Shown: positions 1 to 13,779 of the stretch, one piece after another
Numbering within the stretch: the first letter of the stretch is position 1
How the letters are laid out: the number at the start of each line of letters is the position of its first letter
Assembly: GCA_964016885.1 (NCBI GenBank)
Contig: OZ024740.1
Location: 107,694,001-107,758,000, forward strand
DNA length: 64,000 nucleotides
Direction of reading: 5' to 3'
Source: Eledone cirrhosa
Taxonomy: Eukaryota
The notes under the pieces: generated by a model
Database searches by the model: none
What the model saw: the letters and a program-made list of their open reading frames with translations, nothing else
Told to the model about the DNA's origin: nothing
Translations under genes and position numbers: made by a program

Positions 1-1219
1 GCCAGCAGCCCTTTAGTGTGGTGGTTAACACACTTACCCAACATCTTAAAGATGTAGGGTTCAATTCTTTGCAGGCTAACCTCTCGGAGGCTGAAGTCAC
101 AATACTACAGTTATCTCCATATGTATAACATGAAATATATAAACATACAACAGCTTTTATTACAAGAGTGATTGAGTATTAGACATTATGTGGACTGTTT
201 CCTACCATCTACCAATCAAAAATGAAATAAAATGTACAAATGTGAAAAGAAAATTTGCTCTAATTGGAGGATGTTGTTCTTGTTACTGTAGCTGTTTAAC
301 CCTGATCTAGCAGACATATATATGGCCATCAATTGTTTTGTTTGTTTTTATAAATCAGGATATACATTTTCTAACATACTTTTCTTTATTTAAGATGGTA
401 GGGTGTGATATGAAGGAAATTTGGCTGCTATTTCTAGCATAGTGGGATTGACATCTGTAGGGTTTCAACTCAGAGTACAGAGATGGAATAGCTCCAGCAT
501 TAACTTCATTGTAGAATGTTTGGGGTTAGAGTGTCTGTAGATACAGATAATTACATTGATGATGATGATATGAGAAAATAGATATATTGTCTTGAATTAT
601 AATTGATTTACTTGCTTGAAAAAACAAACAAACCAAAAACATATTCTGCATTTGCCACCCCACCCTCCCCTCCTTACAAAATAAATGAAATCATACACAT
701 AATCAATTATGAAATATTATATCTGGTGCCAGTTCATCCTGTGAGGTGGTCATTTCTGTGCCTCGATAAATAGCACTCTGACCACACTGAAAAACATTTG
801 GTGTTAGGAAAGGCATCCAGCTGTAGAAACGAAGCCAAAATACAGATCTGTATGAGCAAAATGTGGTCTCTGGATCTGACTTATCTCATAATGTGACAAC
901 CCATCTAACCCATGCGTGGAAAATGGACATTAAATGGTGATGATGATGATATACAGAAACTATATGTTTAGTATATAATAGTTATGCTCTATTATTTGTT
1001 ACTAATGTGAAGAGGGAAGAATACATAAAGGAAATCAAAGACATTGTTATGTAATTGAGGAATATTAGTTGGAAAATATTGGTAAATTCTGGAGATATAA
1101 ATAATGATGCCATCTGAGGCTTAATCAACAGCAGGCTTTTCTTACTGGTCTAGGGTTAAACATTTAATTAAATAGAATTGTGCATGGCAGGCAACATGAT
1201 TGTCTGTGTACATGTGTGT

Positions 1220-1278
<59 letters not shown>

Positions 1279-2031
1279 AATGTGTATATGACTGCATGTG
1301 CGAGAGAGAGAGGGGGGAGGGAGAAAGAGAGAGATCTTCATATCATATAATCTTATGAATTAATTGCTATGCCAATGAGGGAGCCTTTAATCAAGCAGTT
1401 ATTTAACCTGCTAGAAATAGCAGCCAAATCTTTCTCAAATCACATGTTATCATCTTAAAAGAAAAAAGGATACATTAAATAATGTCCTAGATATTCTATT
1501 CCTGAAAACAAAAAGAAGTGGTCATAACTGGAAAGCCTTAGATTACAGGTGCTCTCAATGAAAGCTATCATGGGATAATCAACAACATATTTTAATATAA
1601 ATTATGTAAGAACATTTTAATGAGAATTACCTTTCTTAGATTTGGCCCCAATCTTCAATTTGGATGGCCAGGTGACGTCTGTATTAGTTTCTTTCATGAT
1701 CTGAATACAGAAATAAATGAATGGTTAAATATAATATATATACATGAATACATACACAAACACAATAAAAATCTTAAGGCCATTTTTTTCTTGCTAAAAC
1801 TGAAGTTTACCTTCCAGGCCCCCACAATAGGCTTGATGATAGGAAAGACATCCTGCTGTAGACACCCATCTTACTGATGATCTAACTCTGGATCAGATCA
1901 ATCCCATTAAACTATGGTTAGGTTTCATTTGAGTCAGAGACTTAAGAATAATGAATAAAGTGGATTAATGCAGTGTTGAGATATGGTTTGACATCATCTC
2001 TTTATGGCTGGGTGAAAGCATGTTGTCTAGT

Positions 2032-2135
2032 GGCCAAAGTGTTAGGCTCACAATTGTAAGGTTGTGAGGTCAATAACCTGAGATTGCAGCATGCTGTGTT
2101 CTTGAGCAAGATATTATATTTCCATATTGTTCCAA
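2032..2135 (+). mobile_element. Degenerate tRNA-derived SINE head (TCCTTGAGCAAGACACT family)
   Basis: A-box-like tgtctagtggccaaag followed by the body motif gtgttcttgagcaagata; aligns by eye with the 40791-41167 copy. Confidence 0.6.
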
Positions 2136-4246
2136 CTGGCAAAAATGAGTTGCAATTATACTCATGTGAAGCTGTATTAGTCTTTACCTTTCCCTTGGTC
2201 AACATTGGTGGGGGCATGGAGAGGGGAGTCTGGCATGCCTGGGCAACTGCAGGTCTTCTACAAAACATTTTGCCCAGGCTCATTACTTGGATAGGAACTT
2301 TTCCTATGCAAATCCACATGACAGGGCAAAGGGGTCATGTTTATGACAGTCAAAAGATGAAGGGTAGTGCCCCTGTCTCCTTTTAGGGCCTCCATGACTG
2401 GCGAGAACAAAGGAAAGGGTTATCTTCATATTCAAAACCTAGCTTGAGTGTTTGCAACAGAGTCATTCAATGGCAAGGTGGTGGTTAACTAGGCAACAGA
2501 TTAAGTCTGTCACCCAAGAATGAAAATGGCTCCTTTGATAGGCTTCCACACATTCTCTGTCTTGCAAATTCCATTAACAAGATCTTGGTTGACTTCAAAA
2601 TATGGTAGAAGATATTAGTTCAAGATGCCACTCGGTGGGGTCAATCACAAATCATGTATTTGTGAAGCAAATAGGCTGTGAAAAGAAGAGGAATCTGGTA
2701 TGCGTATACAGAAAGGAAGTGAAAAAAGAGAGAAAAAGAGAGGGAGAGAGAGAGACAAATAGGCAGACATATGGAGAGAGAGGGACAGATTGACAGACAA
2801 ATATGGAGAGATGGAGACAGAGAGACAGATAGATATGGAAAGAGAGAGAGTTATCCAATATTGAAACTAGTCAATAAACTGATACAAACTCTATTTCAGG
2901 AGGCTAAATCCAAAACTTGTCTAAATTTACAAGCTCATGACAACATAGAAATCACATTTGAAATGAAGAGTTACAAGAAAATTACTCTTTAAAGTATTAC
3001 TACTCACCTATTTTGTGAAATATGTTGAAAAATTAGAAGACTAACGAAATTAATCTCAATCCTTTTGCACACTATTTTCAACAGTTATCAGATATAGAGA
3101 CAAACATCTAAGCTATACAAGTTGTCAACAGTAACTAAATTTGAATTGAGAACACTAGTGTGTGTGTTTGTGTGTGTACGTGCGTGTGTTGGTTACGGAA
3201 AACAATTACATTGACAAAATATCTCTCAAATTAGAGCTTGAACTTACAAATATATATAAAAAAATATATATGTATCTTAGTGAGATGATGAAAATGTTTT
3301 AACGTAGTTTCAGTTGACATTTCATCTGACATCTCTAGGAAAGGAGTCACATTTACTAGCCCTCTTATACCAGAAGATAATTGGAGGGAAAAAGTTTTAG
3401 GCAAGCTTCCCTTCACCATCTTCATGTCTACACAAGAAGATGAGGGTTATGTTTCTCAATAGGGAGGTTAAAGCAGCAAATGGAGAGAATTAGTTTTGAA
3501 ATCTAATCTAAAAACTTTCACCAGTCCCTCTAATAGCTTCACAAATAATTTCTTCTCATCTATTCAGCTACATACAAAGTGACATACTGAGTTGTTGTGT
3601 AGAAAACTGGGGTTAGTTAATGTATTCCATGTTGAAGATGTTAGCATAGATAAACTCTCTGCTCTATATTGAAATAAGATATAGCTTACGAAACATGAGG
3701 CATTTAGGACTGGGCTATACATTTTATCAGGGCAAGCAGAAAAAAGGTTAATTTAGCGGAATTAATGAGTAAAAAGAGATGTCTTAGTCTTTTTACTGTG
3801 TAAAATGTTGCATTTTTAATATTTAATCCTTTCATTATCATATCTCTAATAATTTTGAAGATAATCAAGAATTTAGAGGAATTAGTATTAGAACTTTCTC
3901 ATTATTAAGATGGTGCTTGGAGTATAATTTAATAAAGATTCTTCCATAAAATTATGATGAAAGGTTTCTAGATAAATATAAACACTTTAAAATAAGCAGC
4001 TTAGGATCATAGAACCAAGAATAGTTTAGTATCAAGGTATTTAAAATCTTGATAAAATGATGAAATATAACAGAAGATAATTTGATTTGTAAAGATTATT
4101 GAGAATGGAAGAAAGCAGAAGAAAGTTAGGATGGTGAATGGTTTTTTATGGTAGTCTTTATAGAGAAATGGGTAAAGGGATAATTAAGTACATAGTGTTT
4201 ATAATAATAATAACAATAATAATTTTAATTATAATGACCTATAAAG

Positions 4247-4441
4247 GGGCAGTGGATTGGCAGTATCGGTAGAGGGTTGGATACCATGCTTTGCACAGCA
4301 TAGAGTTACAGTCCCTTACGGTCTGAGTTCAAATCCCACCAAGGTTAACTTTGCCCTTCATCCTGACGGGGTTAATAAAATAAAGTACCAGAAATGCACT
4401 GGGGTAATTGCTGGCCTTGTGCCAAAAGTAGAAACAATTAT
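4247..4441 (+). mobile_element. tRNA-derived SINE, second family
   Basis: B-box gagttcaaatccc, then ggttaactttgcccttcatcc...aagtacca...ggccttgtgccaaaagtagaaacaat; related copies at about 10122-10315(-), 20489-20603(-) and 48049-48250(-). Confidence 0.7.
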
Positions 4442-4539
4442 AATGACCTACAAAGAAATTATTATTATGGTGGTGGTTATAGTGTTGAGGATGGTGTTTT
4501 CTTGTGGCAGAAATATAACTGATTTAATTTCTATATTAG

Positions 4540-4720
4540 ATTTTATGGGCAAAACTAACTGGCAGGAGACCCAGGGATAGATTTGGAGCAATATGATTGG
4601 ATAACATCCATGAGCTCAGCTGGTCATGTTTGAGGAACCAGCCAAATCAGTTGGAAATGGTTGCTTCTGACAGGACCCACTGGAAGGAGTATTTTAGGAC
4701 TGTCAACACGACCCTCTCAT
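4540..4720 (+). mobile_element. 3' fragment of RTE family 2 LINE
   Basis: Aligns with 60275-60470 (gattttatgggcaaaac...ggataacatccatgagctcagctgg). Confidence 0.6.
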
Positions 4721-5070
4721 AAAAATGGCATAGACATTACAATACAACGGGAGGAAACAATAGTACCACCGATGATGTCACAGGTGTGTGATGAAAGAAC
4801 TTTGATAGACTATATATATATATTTATATCTGTATTTTTGACCGTTGGTCAATCAATGAGAAACATTGATTGCCATATAAATTAACTATGGAGATATAAA
4901 ATATACAAAAGCGAAAACCAATCCAAACCAAACAATGAGTGTATTTTATTATTATTTCTGGCAATATTATAATAATTTGACCCTCCCCAAATATAACAAT
5001 ATTTGTTTCAACACACGATTTCATATCAAAAACCTTGCTAAACAAATATATATATGTATATATATATATA

Positions 5071-5245
5071 CAGGAAAATGTTTAACCCCGACGGTAGAGC
5101 TCAAGCTGTTTCGACGGCTATTTCTGTCCAGAAATAGCCGTCGAAACGGCGTTAAACATTTTCCTATTACCCACTCTACTACCCTAAGTATTGAGTACTC
5201 TGGTGCGTTATGGTTCATCTGGTTCCTTACCACACTTCCTTCGTT
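5071..5245. mobile_element. Short PLE-type terminus folded into a hairpin between (TA)n tracts
   Basis: Inverted arms aggaaaatgtttaac...gtttcgacggctatttctg / cagaaatagccgtcgaaac...gttaaacattttcct; homologues at about 55935-56000(-) and 62795-62925(+). Confidence 0.55.
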
Positions 5246-5292
5246 ATATATATATATAGAAAATTGTATATATACATGTAAATATATACATG

Positions 5293-5337
<45 letters not shown>

Positions 5338-5656
5338 TAAAATAACAGATTAAAGTTTAAGCAAAGAATCGCTGCTTTCACCCTTAACGGGATCTTCTGA
5401 AACTAACAAAGTCAATCTGTAAACGCAGAACTGGATATTTCAAAAAACGTTGCAACCGGAGGAAGACAGGAAGACGATACTTTGGTTCGTGGAAACGTTC
5501 GCTGGCAAAGAACGGGAAAAAACGAATAATACGTCATTAATAGGAGCGGTGAAAAACAATTACGCGCAAAGACAGAACCACGTTTATGGTATAAAAGAGG
5601 TCGTGCATAGAGACGTTCTCTGGCAATGAACGAAAAAACGAAAGCAGCGTCTTTAC

Positions 5657-5953
5657 ATGCATACCCATTCTTTTCGTTACCCTCTAAGAAGGAATATGAC
5701 GTCACTTTCAGCTTATATCTGGAGTCTAAAAGACAACCACACCCAATATAAGTTACACTGGGAGATCCTAGCTAGGGCTAGATCGTATAATGGAAATAAA
5801 AGACCATGTGACCTCTGTGCCGCTGAGGCCAAGGAAATACTCTACGCCACAGACCACATCTTAAACAAAAAATCTGAGGCAATTTCGGCTTGTAAACATA
5901 AATTGCACAAAACTTTCCTGTATTACAGCCCCACGATATACCCTAACGGATAG
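5657..5953 (+). pseudogene. PLE GIY-YIG endonuclease C-terminal fragment
   Basis: H..SF...TSLSAYIWSLK...W.I.....CDLC..E...LNKKSE...CKH; homologous to the ORFs at 51821-52588 and 55071-55609. Confidence 0.85.
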
Positions 5954-6881
5954 CACGATCTATACGTGGATATTTTACGTCTTGATGCGGGAGCTAAGTA
6001 TATGTTTTGTTTATTCCTTTACTTATTTGCATAGGTAAGTATATATTACCCGTATGTTTTGTGAAGGTATGTATACCTTCTCGTACGTATATTTGACTGT
6101 TATGGCGTATCATTTTTATATATTCTGGTATTTAGGGTTTGGCTATGTGTATACGGGAATTTTGCGTCTGCGTGAGTATGCAGGTTCGTACGTATGGTGG
6201 GTGTGTGTATATGTGTACTTCTTGTTTTAGTTGACTTACGTCTCCGAACATTCGTGTATTTATTTGTAGGTATGTGTGTGCGCTTGTTATATACGTATTT
6301 ATTTACTTATATACGTTTATATAATTATTTATTTATTTGTACACAAGCATACACACACACACATATTTATATGTGCGTGGTTTTGTATACCTATGGTAAG
6401 GTTTTGCGGATGCTTGTGTATGTACGTATCTGTTTGCGTGTATGTATTTATTTGTTTCTATTACTTCTGTATTGTATTTATTTACTTTGTTCTTAACTCT
6501 GTAGCGGAGATTCATTTGGTCTCCTAGTTAGAATTTTAGTCTACGACTTCTGCTATACCATTTACGTGGTTTTGTCTTTGCGTGCTATTGTTCTCCACGC
6601 TCCACATATGACTTATTATCTTCGTTTTTTCGTTCATTGCCAGAGAACGTCTCTATGCACCACCTAAGAGAACATTAGTCTACGACCTCTTTTATACCCT
6701 GAACGTGGTTCTGTCTTTGCGCGTAATTGTTTTTCACCGCTCCTATTAATGACGTATTATTCGTTTTTTCCCGTTCTTTGCCAGGGAACGTTACCACGAA
6801 CCAAAGTATCATCTTCCTGTCTTCCTCCGGTTGCAACGTTTTTTGAAATATCCACTTCTGCGTTTACAGATTGACTTTGTT

Positions 6882-6932
6882 AGTTTCAGAAGATCCCGTT
6901 ATGGGTGAAAGCAGCGATTCTTTGCTTAAACT
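6882..6932 (+). ncRNA. Type I hammerhead ribozyme-like motif with variant core (CAGAAGA)
   Basis: Stem I agttt/aaact, core cagaaga, stem II ccc/ggg, gaaa, stem III agca/tgct, H17=U; inverted copy at 5354-5404. Confidence 0.6.
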
Positions 6933-7293
6933 TTAATCTGTTATTTTAATAAATATTTGCTCTACAGTTTTTATATATTTGATATATATTTATCCTTATC
7001 GAGCCCTCTTTGGATTTTAGTCTTCAATTTTATTATTATTACTATATATATATATATATATATTTACATGTATATATTTACATGTATATATACAATTTTC
7101 TATCTATAGAGCTGTATGTTTATATATACATCAGTCTATCTGTCTGTGTATATACAGATCTGCTTATCTATCTATATGTCTGTTTGAATGCTAATCTGCC
7201 TGTCAATCTATATATATTTATCCATCTATCCACATATATCTGTTTGTCTATCTATCTCGCATTTTTAAAAAAAATCCATTCATTGTTTTATAG

Positions 7294-7540
7294 GGTGATG
7301 ATGATGATGATGAGGAGGAGGAGGTAAGTGATGATGATGACCATGGTGGTGGTAGTGGTGGTAATTACAATGCTGATGATGATGAGGAAGAGTATGGTGA
7401 TGGTGATGGTGATAATAATGATAATGGTGGTGGTAGAGGCGGCAAGGATTATGAGGAGGCGGAGGTAAAGTATGGTGATGATGATGATCATCATGGTGGT
7501 GGGAGTGGTGGTAACAGTAATGATGATAATAATGATGGTA
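7294..7540. repeat. (GAT/GGT)n low-complexity tract
   Basis: Directly visible mixed trinucleotide repeats. Confidence 0.9.
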
Positions 7541-7954
7541 TGAAACTATTTTCATTGGAACCTATGATAAAACTATCTTCCCTCTGCCGGAAGATATTTT
7601 GATGTGTGACTGAGTACTTTACATCTTGGATGTAATTAAAATCTCCCTGCACACACACACATATACACACACAGATATTCACACATACACATATATACAC
7701 AAATGCAGAAATTCACACACACAATGTCTCTACGGACAGTTAAAGAGCTTTGATGCGGACAATTTCTCATCACAACTGGAGCCTGCTAGCCTAGACAGTA
7801 GTGAGAGTAACTACCTAGACGGGATAACCTTTTTCCAATACAAGGGGGACTGGGTGGATAAATTTTTAATTTGGGATGCCAAAAGCTGTGATAAATTCTC
7901 CAGCTCCAAACGTTGTCACTTCAGTCACAAACCCAGGAATTTTCACTCATAAAG

Positions 7955-8285
7955 CAGAGGTGTGTAAGATATCGAAATACTGGGAAGTGAAAGACCAAGG
8001 AAAACTTGGATGGAAGCCACAGTAGAAGAAGACCAAGGAAGTCCTGGATGGAAGTGGTAAGAGCTAATCTTAAATCACTGAAACAGCAAGTGATCCCAGT
8101 GGAGGGAAGCCACAGTAGCGGAAGACTAAGGAAATCCTGGATGGAAGTGGTGAGAGCTGATCTCAGATCACTGAAGCTCATATAGGAGATGACAAAGGAA
8201 TGTGACAAGTGGAGTGATGCTGTACTGAAAAGGACCTGTCCAACCCATGCAAGCATGGTAGAACGGATGTATGATGATGATGATA
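7955..8285 (+). mobile_element. 3' end of RTE family 3 LINE with internal duplication
   Basis: Encodes a GRPRKSW-like motif twice and ends in ccaacccatgcaagcatgg...(gat)n; homologous to 49657-49932. Confidence 0.7.
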
Positions 8286-8679
8286 TGACTTAATTGACCA
8301 CTTCCTCTCCATGCCAGCCACTGTCAAGGCTTCAATTATCTTCAGTCCCCTGTGGCATTGATTTCACTATTTTATCCACAGGGCATAACTGAGATATACC
8401 ACGTAGACAGGGGGTGTCGAGTCTGCCACTCGTTCCACTTTTTTTTTCATTATTCAATTTTTAGTTATCTCTTCCTGTTTATTATGCAAAATATTTATGT
8501 CAGTAAAATTTGTTTTTTATTAGTTAAAAAAAGTTAAAGAGAATACTGTGTCACTAAAGAAATTTTAACACAGGATTAAAACAATCCGGTTGATAATTGA
8601 TTTTCTGTTCATGAAGATACTATCTAGAGAAATGTTTATATAATGTATGTTCCATAGTGTTAGGTAAAACCAATAGATT

Positions 8680-8912
8680 CTATAGTTTAGTATAGTATAG
8701 TTTAGTATAGTATAATATAGTGTAGTATAGATTAGCATAGTATAGTATAGTATAATTTAGTATAGTATAGATTAGCATAGTATAGTATAGTATAATTTAG
8801 TATAGTATAGATTAGCATAGCATAGAATAGTAGTATAGTATAATTTAGTATAGTATAAATTAGCATAGCATAGCATAGTATAGCATTGTAATATAATATA
8901 GTACAGTATAAC
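8680..8912. repeat. (TATAG)n pentanucleotide-based repeat
   Basis: Directly visible. Confidence 0.9.
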
Positions 8913-9295
8913 ATTGAAACAAAATACTTTGTGCCCCATTAATAACTAAGAAGTGTGTAACTGAGGAGTGTAACACTCAATTCATAGAGGACTCACACTC
9001 ATAGTAGTGTAACACTTACAGAAGTGCAATGACACTCACAAAAGATGAGCAATGACACTTACAGATGAGCAATGGCACTAAGCTAAACATCCCAATTTTT
9101 CCATTTCTCTTTTTCAATTCACATTATCAGGTTTGAGAAGAAAACAACAAAGAAAAGAATTTCCTCTCTGAAGTTGAACTGATCTTCAGAATTGTCTCCC
9201 TTTATAGATCTCCTGAAACTCCAACTAACTTTTTATATTTTCCCATACCCTCTGTCTCTCTCTCTCTTTTATTCCATTCTCCTCTCTCATATTAC

Positions 9296-9495
9296 NNNNN
9301 NNNNNNNNNNNNNNNNNNNNNNNNNNNNNNNNNNNNNNNNNNNNNNNNNNNNNNNNNNNNNNNNNNNNNNNNNNNNNNNNNNNNNNNNNNNNNNNNNNNN
9401 NNNNNNNNNNNNNNNNNNNNNNNNNNNNNNNNNNNNNNNNNNNNNNNNNNNNNNNNNNNNNNNNNNNNNNNNNNNNNNNNNNNNNNNNNNNNNNN
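9296..9495. other. Assembly gap (200 N)
   Basis: Run of N. Confidence 1.
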
Positions 9496-9675
9496 ATAAC
9501 AATGACAGTAACAACAGCAACAACTGCAACAACAGTGTTCCAGCCTGGATTTATTATAGCAACTTTTATCTATTTATTAATTCAAAAACTTATCTAAAAA
9601 ATTCCACATCTACACCAACAGACAGTAACATTCCTCAGTGTATAGCTGGTACAGCTTTCTGCACCTGTATTATCT

Positions 9676-10000
9676 TGTCTACACTTACATTTACACTGAC
9701 CCATCTATGCTTACACTGACACATCTACACTTACACTGACACATCTACACTTACACTGAGCCATCTACACCAACACAGGCCCATCTACACTTACACTATC
9801 CCATCTACACTTACACTGTTCCATCTACAATTGGACTGTCCCATCTACACTTACACTGTTCCATCTACACTTACACTGTTCCATCTACACCTATACTATC
9901 CCATCTACAATTAGACTGTCCCATCTACACTAGTATTGTCCTACTCACACTGTCACATTTACACTTAAATTGTCACATCCACACCTACACTGACCTATCT
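9676..10000. repeat. 20-bp minisatellite (ccatctacacttacactgtt-like)
   Basis: Roughly 15 imperfect tandem copies. Confidence 0.9.
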
Positions 10001-10901
10001 AACATGTTAACAGCCATAAGGAAGAGGTTAACATGTTAACAACAACAAAGAAGAGTTTAACATGTTAACAATAACCATGAGGTTAACAACAACAAAGAAG
10101 AGGTTAACAAACTTCAGATCTAATTATTGATTTCTAATTTAGGCAGCAGGCCAGCAAACTAAATCAACCTCAGTGTGTTACTGGTATTTTATTTTATGAA
10201 CCTCGTATAATGAATGGCAAGTTGACTTCAGTAGGATTTGAACTTAGAATGTAAAGAGTAAGAATAAATACCACAATAGCATTTTATCCGACGCTCTACC
10301 ACTTCTGCTATCTACCAACTTCAGAGCTAATTATTAACATTAATAAAATCTGTATCATCTAAAGTTGATATCTATGGAATATATAAGGAATGTATCAATG
10401 GTGAATTGCAGGAAGGCAATACTGGAAAAGCTCAATAAACCCTCTATTATATATAAAACAAATTCATCATTTCATTGTTCCAGAGTTATGATTAATTATT
10501 CAAATTATTCAGGGGGGGAGGGGGCTTTGAACCTCATACAAAAGTGGTAGGTTGTGTAAAAAATGTTAGGGTAAGCAAATGGAATATTGCATATTTGAGG
10601 GATCCTCACACAGTAACACCATCTCTTTCAAAATAAAAACAAAAAAATAGAACAGATTAAAAAAAAATTATACTTCATTAGGTTTTTATATTATTTCAAA
10701 ATGTTAATTCAAGAATCATGTTAATAAGTCTAAAAGTCTATCAAGCAGCGAAACAGAAAAAAAGGTTAGATAATTTACTCTTTTGATACCAAACTACCTG
10801 AAACTACCATTTAGTTCTTTGATACTAAGCTGTTTATTTAAAGTGTTCATATTTTCTATATTATATAATAACCTTTGTTAAGTTATACTCCAAACACCAG
10901 T

Positions 10902-11356
10902 TTAACCTTTTCATTACCATATATCTAATGAAATGTATTGTATTCAAATTAATGATTTAAGAATTTTAAGAGAATTAACAAAGTTATTTCATTAAACTTT
11001 TAGTATTTACATTACTCTTTGAATTTTCATTACTATTGAATTTTCACAGTTCACACTTTATCTCACATAATATCGAATCTATGAGATTTTGATATTATTT
11101 ATTTTGAGAACAAAACCTTAACATAAGTATGAACAGCCAATCATGGCTGGTTTGAACAGAAAAAGATGAAAGAATTCTGGCTGGATACAGCCAGTTTGAA
11201 TGCTAAAGGGTTAAGATGGAATTTGCAACTTAACATAAAAGTTCTTAAATAAAATAATATTGGAAGAATTATTTTAAATAGAAATCCTTTTAAAAAAAAG
11301 GTGGCTGTATCTCAGAACCAGAGGTGTTTTGAGGTTGACTTCTATCAAAAGGGTTA
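10902..11356. mobile_element. TTAA-type (piggyBac-like) MITE family B with a nested family A copy at 10996-11210
   Basis: Ends ttaa-cctttt...aaaaggg-ttaa; related copies near 24736-24969, 32353-32535 and 58482-58727. Confidence 0.55.
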
Positions 11357-12112
11357 ATAGTAAGAAAGTCAGTTATATTACTAAATCCCTTTAAATATTT
11401 GATTATTTACAACATTTAAAAAAAATCATAGGCAGTGTCTTTCATTAGAAATATGGTAATGGAAGAGTTAAATAAACATTTATTTTTATAGGGTAAGCAA
11501 TGCTACCCCCCCCCCCCCCCGTCTCTCTCTCTATCTCTCTCATTATATATGCTCCCTTGTCTCTGCTCAACATGTTTTCTCTCTTGTTACTTATGTTCCT
11601 TAACCCTGTCTACAAGGTGGACTTACACTACTCACACTTAAAGGTTACATCTGATGTCTACTTTAGATGATACATGCCTAGTACATGTCTAAACACTAAG
11701 GGATATCATCAGTTCCCTTAACACAACACTATCTTCTCATATACTCTACACTCTTACAAAATTACATGTGATGCCAGTTTTAAGGTCCTTGCCACATGGT
11801 ATGAGAAGCCACAGTTGTATGAGTGTGTGTAGGTGGGTATTAAAATAACATTGTCACTTTGTTCATGCTTTCTCATCATCCCCTCCAACATCTTCATCAC
11901 CACCACCAAGTGATGGACTAAAAACCTTCTATAAAAATATAGCCCCCCCCCCCCTCCCATTTTCTCCTGGTAGCTGTGTGTTGTTTACATTGGAATACAC
12001 ATGTTGAGGGTGTGTATGTATGTGTGTGTGTATAACTGATTGAGAAAATAGAGAGAGTGGTTATTTATATATGTGTATTTATATATATATATATATATAT
12101 ACATATATATTT

Positions 12113-12231
12113 GAAGGCGTGTGGCTGAGTGGTTAGAGAATTGGATTCGCAATCGTAAGGTTGTGAGTTCGATTCCTGGACAAGGCGATGCGTTATGTCC
12201 TTGAGCAAGACACTTTATTTCACGTTGCTCC
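12113..12231 (+). mobile_element. tRNA-derived SINE head
   Basis: A box tggctgagtggttagag, B box gagttcgattcct, body gtccttgagcaagacactttatttcac. Confidence 0.8.
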
Positions 12232-12505
12232 TTCTACCTGGAGTTGTGACCGATAGATAGTATTAGCAATTGGAAAGACCAACGGAAACATTGTTTCCTC
12301 GGTCCGATTTGACGAAAGTCGATCGTTCCTTTATACATATATAAATACACACGTGTGTGTGTGTGACTGATTGAGAAAATAGAGAGAGTCATTATTCTCC
12401 CTATTTTCTCAATCAGTCACACACATACATACACACCGTCAACCTGTGATTTCCAATGTAAACACACAGCTACCAGGAGAAATTGATTGACATATATACA
12501 TATTT

Positions 12506-12920
12506 AACTAGAAATTGATTGACATATATATATATTTAAAATAAACACATGAAACAATCACAGGGGATAATTTGTAAAGTGTGTAATCACTTTACAAATA
12601 GGTGTGTAATCACTTTACATAGATAGGTAGGTAACTAATTAATCATTTTTTAAAAGGTAATTTTTAAAAGGTAATATTTGAAGCTCTAGTTAAACTTTAA
12701 TTAGTTACTTACCTAGCTGTGTGTGATTACACACTTTACAAATTATCCCCTGTGATTGTTTCATGTGTTTATTTTAAATATGTATATATGTCAATCAATG
12801 TCTAGTTGATATAAAATGCTCGGATCTATTCATTGGAATCTTTGAGCTTATTCTACAGTGGATATGGCGCATGTCTCGGACATGACTCCCTTAATTTAAT
12901 TTAATTAAATTTATTTCGGA
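12506..12920. repeat. Inverted duplication (about 85-bp arms) with a one-sided extension
   Basis: 12506-12590 is the reverse complement of about 12723-12808. Confidence 0.7.
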
Positions 12921-13399
12921 TATATATATAGTTAATAAATGAAACAAACAAAATACACAGTTATATATATATATGAAAGAGTTTAGGTGAGTTGAAAATA
13001 CAACCATATAAAGGCAAAGAATATTTCAAAGCTGAAATGTGATTTTATAGTCCACATTAAGATAGTTCAGAGTTTAATCCAATCGGTAAATTTCCAATCA
13101 CGGTAGTTTTACAATATCACAGAGTATATATATATAAATGAATAAAAAATAACCATGATTTGAATTAAATTAAATCATTTAATTGATTGATGGACATTTC
13201 AATTAAATTAACAGGAATATTCATTCCTGCTATATTAATCTCCCCAGAATCTATTAAATAACACTAATATTTACCAACACATGTCCATATATAAATATAT
13301 AGGGGGGAGGGGGTAAAATCTCAACTGCAGTGCCAAGCGGTTTCAGCTTGTCATATATATATATATTTATATATATATATATTTATATATATATATATT

Positions 13400-13432
<33 letters not shown>

Positions 13433-13515
13433 ATAAATAAACATATATAAATAAACATATATATATATATACCATGATATTAAATAAATGGAAACTATAT
13501 TTATAAAACCATATT

Positions 13516-13580
13516 TATTTTATTATATATATTTCAAGAGCAACCAAGCCAACCTTGGTGCGCTTTCATCAGATAAAATA
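13516..13580 (-). ncRNA. Type I hammerhead ribozyme (PLE end)
   Basis: Minus strand: tattttat-CTGATGA-aagcgcaccaaggttggcttggttgctctt-GAAA-tatatat-a-ataaaata; perfect 8-bp stem I. Confidence 0.85.
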
Positions 13581-13719
13581 CAAAGTTTGTTTTATAAATA
13601 AAGATGTACCCATGAAAATCATACCTTATCAGTCGGAAATTCACTGGATAGTGCTCTAAATCAGTTATAAACATTTATGTTTGTCGGAATTCCAACAAAT
13701 TAAATACAACTTCTACATA

Positions 13720-13779
<60 letters not shown>

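Larger units (their letters stand above)
5331..7042 (+). mobile_element. 5'-truncated Penelope-like element with inverted terminal duplication
   Basis: Arms 5331-5642 and 6621-6955 are reverse complements; a GIY-YIG C-terminal fragment lies between them; (TA)n on both sides. Confidence 0.85.

Noticed and set aside
7280-7555. His-rich 91-aa ORF
   Set aside because: Translation of a (GAT/GGT)n low-complexity tract.
7626-7952. 108-aa ORF as a host exon
   Set aside because: Starts in a (CA)n tract with no recognisable motif; cannot be supported without a search.
9192-9719. 175-aa ORF
   Set aside because: Spans the N gap.
12113-12190. tRNA genes at A/B-box sequences
   Set aside because: They run directly into SINE bodies and I could not fold a proper cloverleaf.
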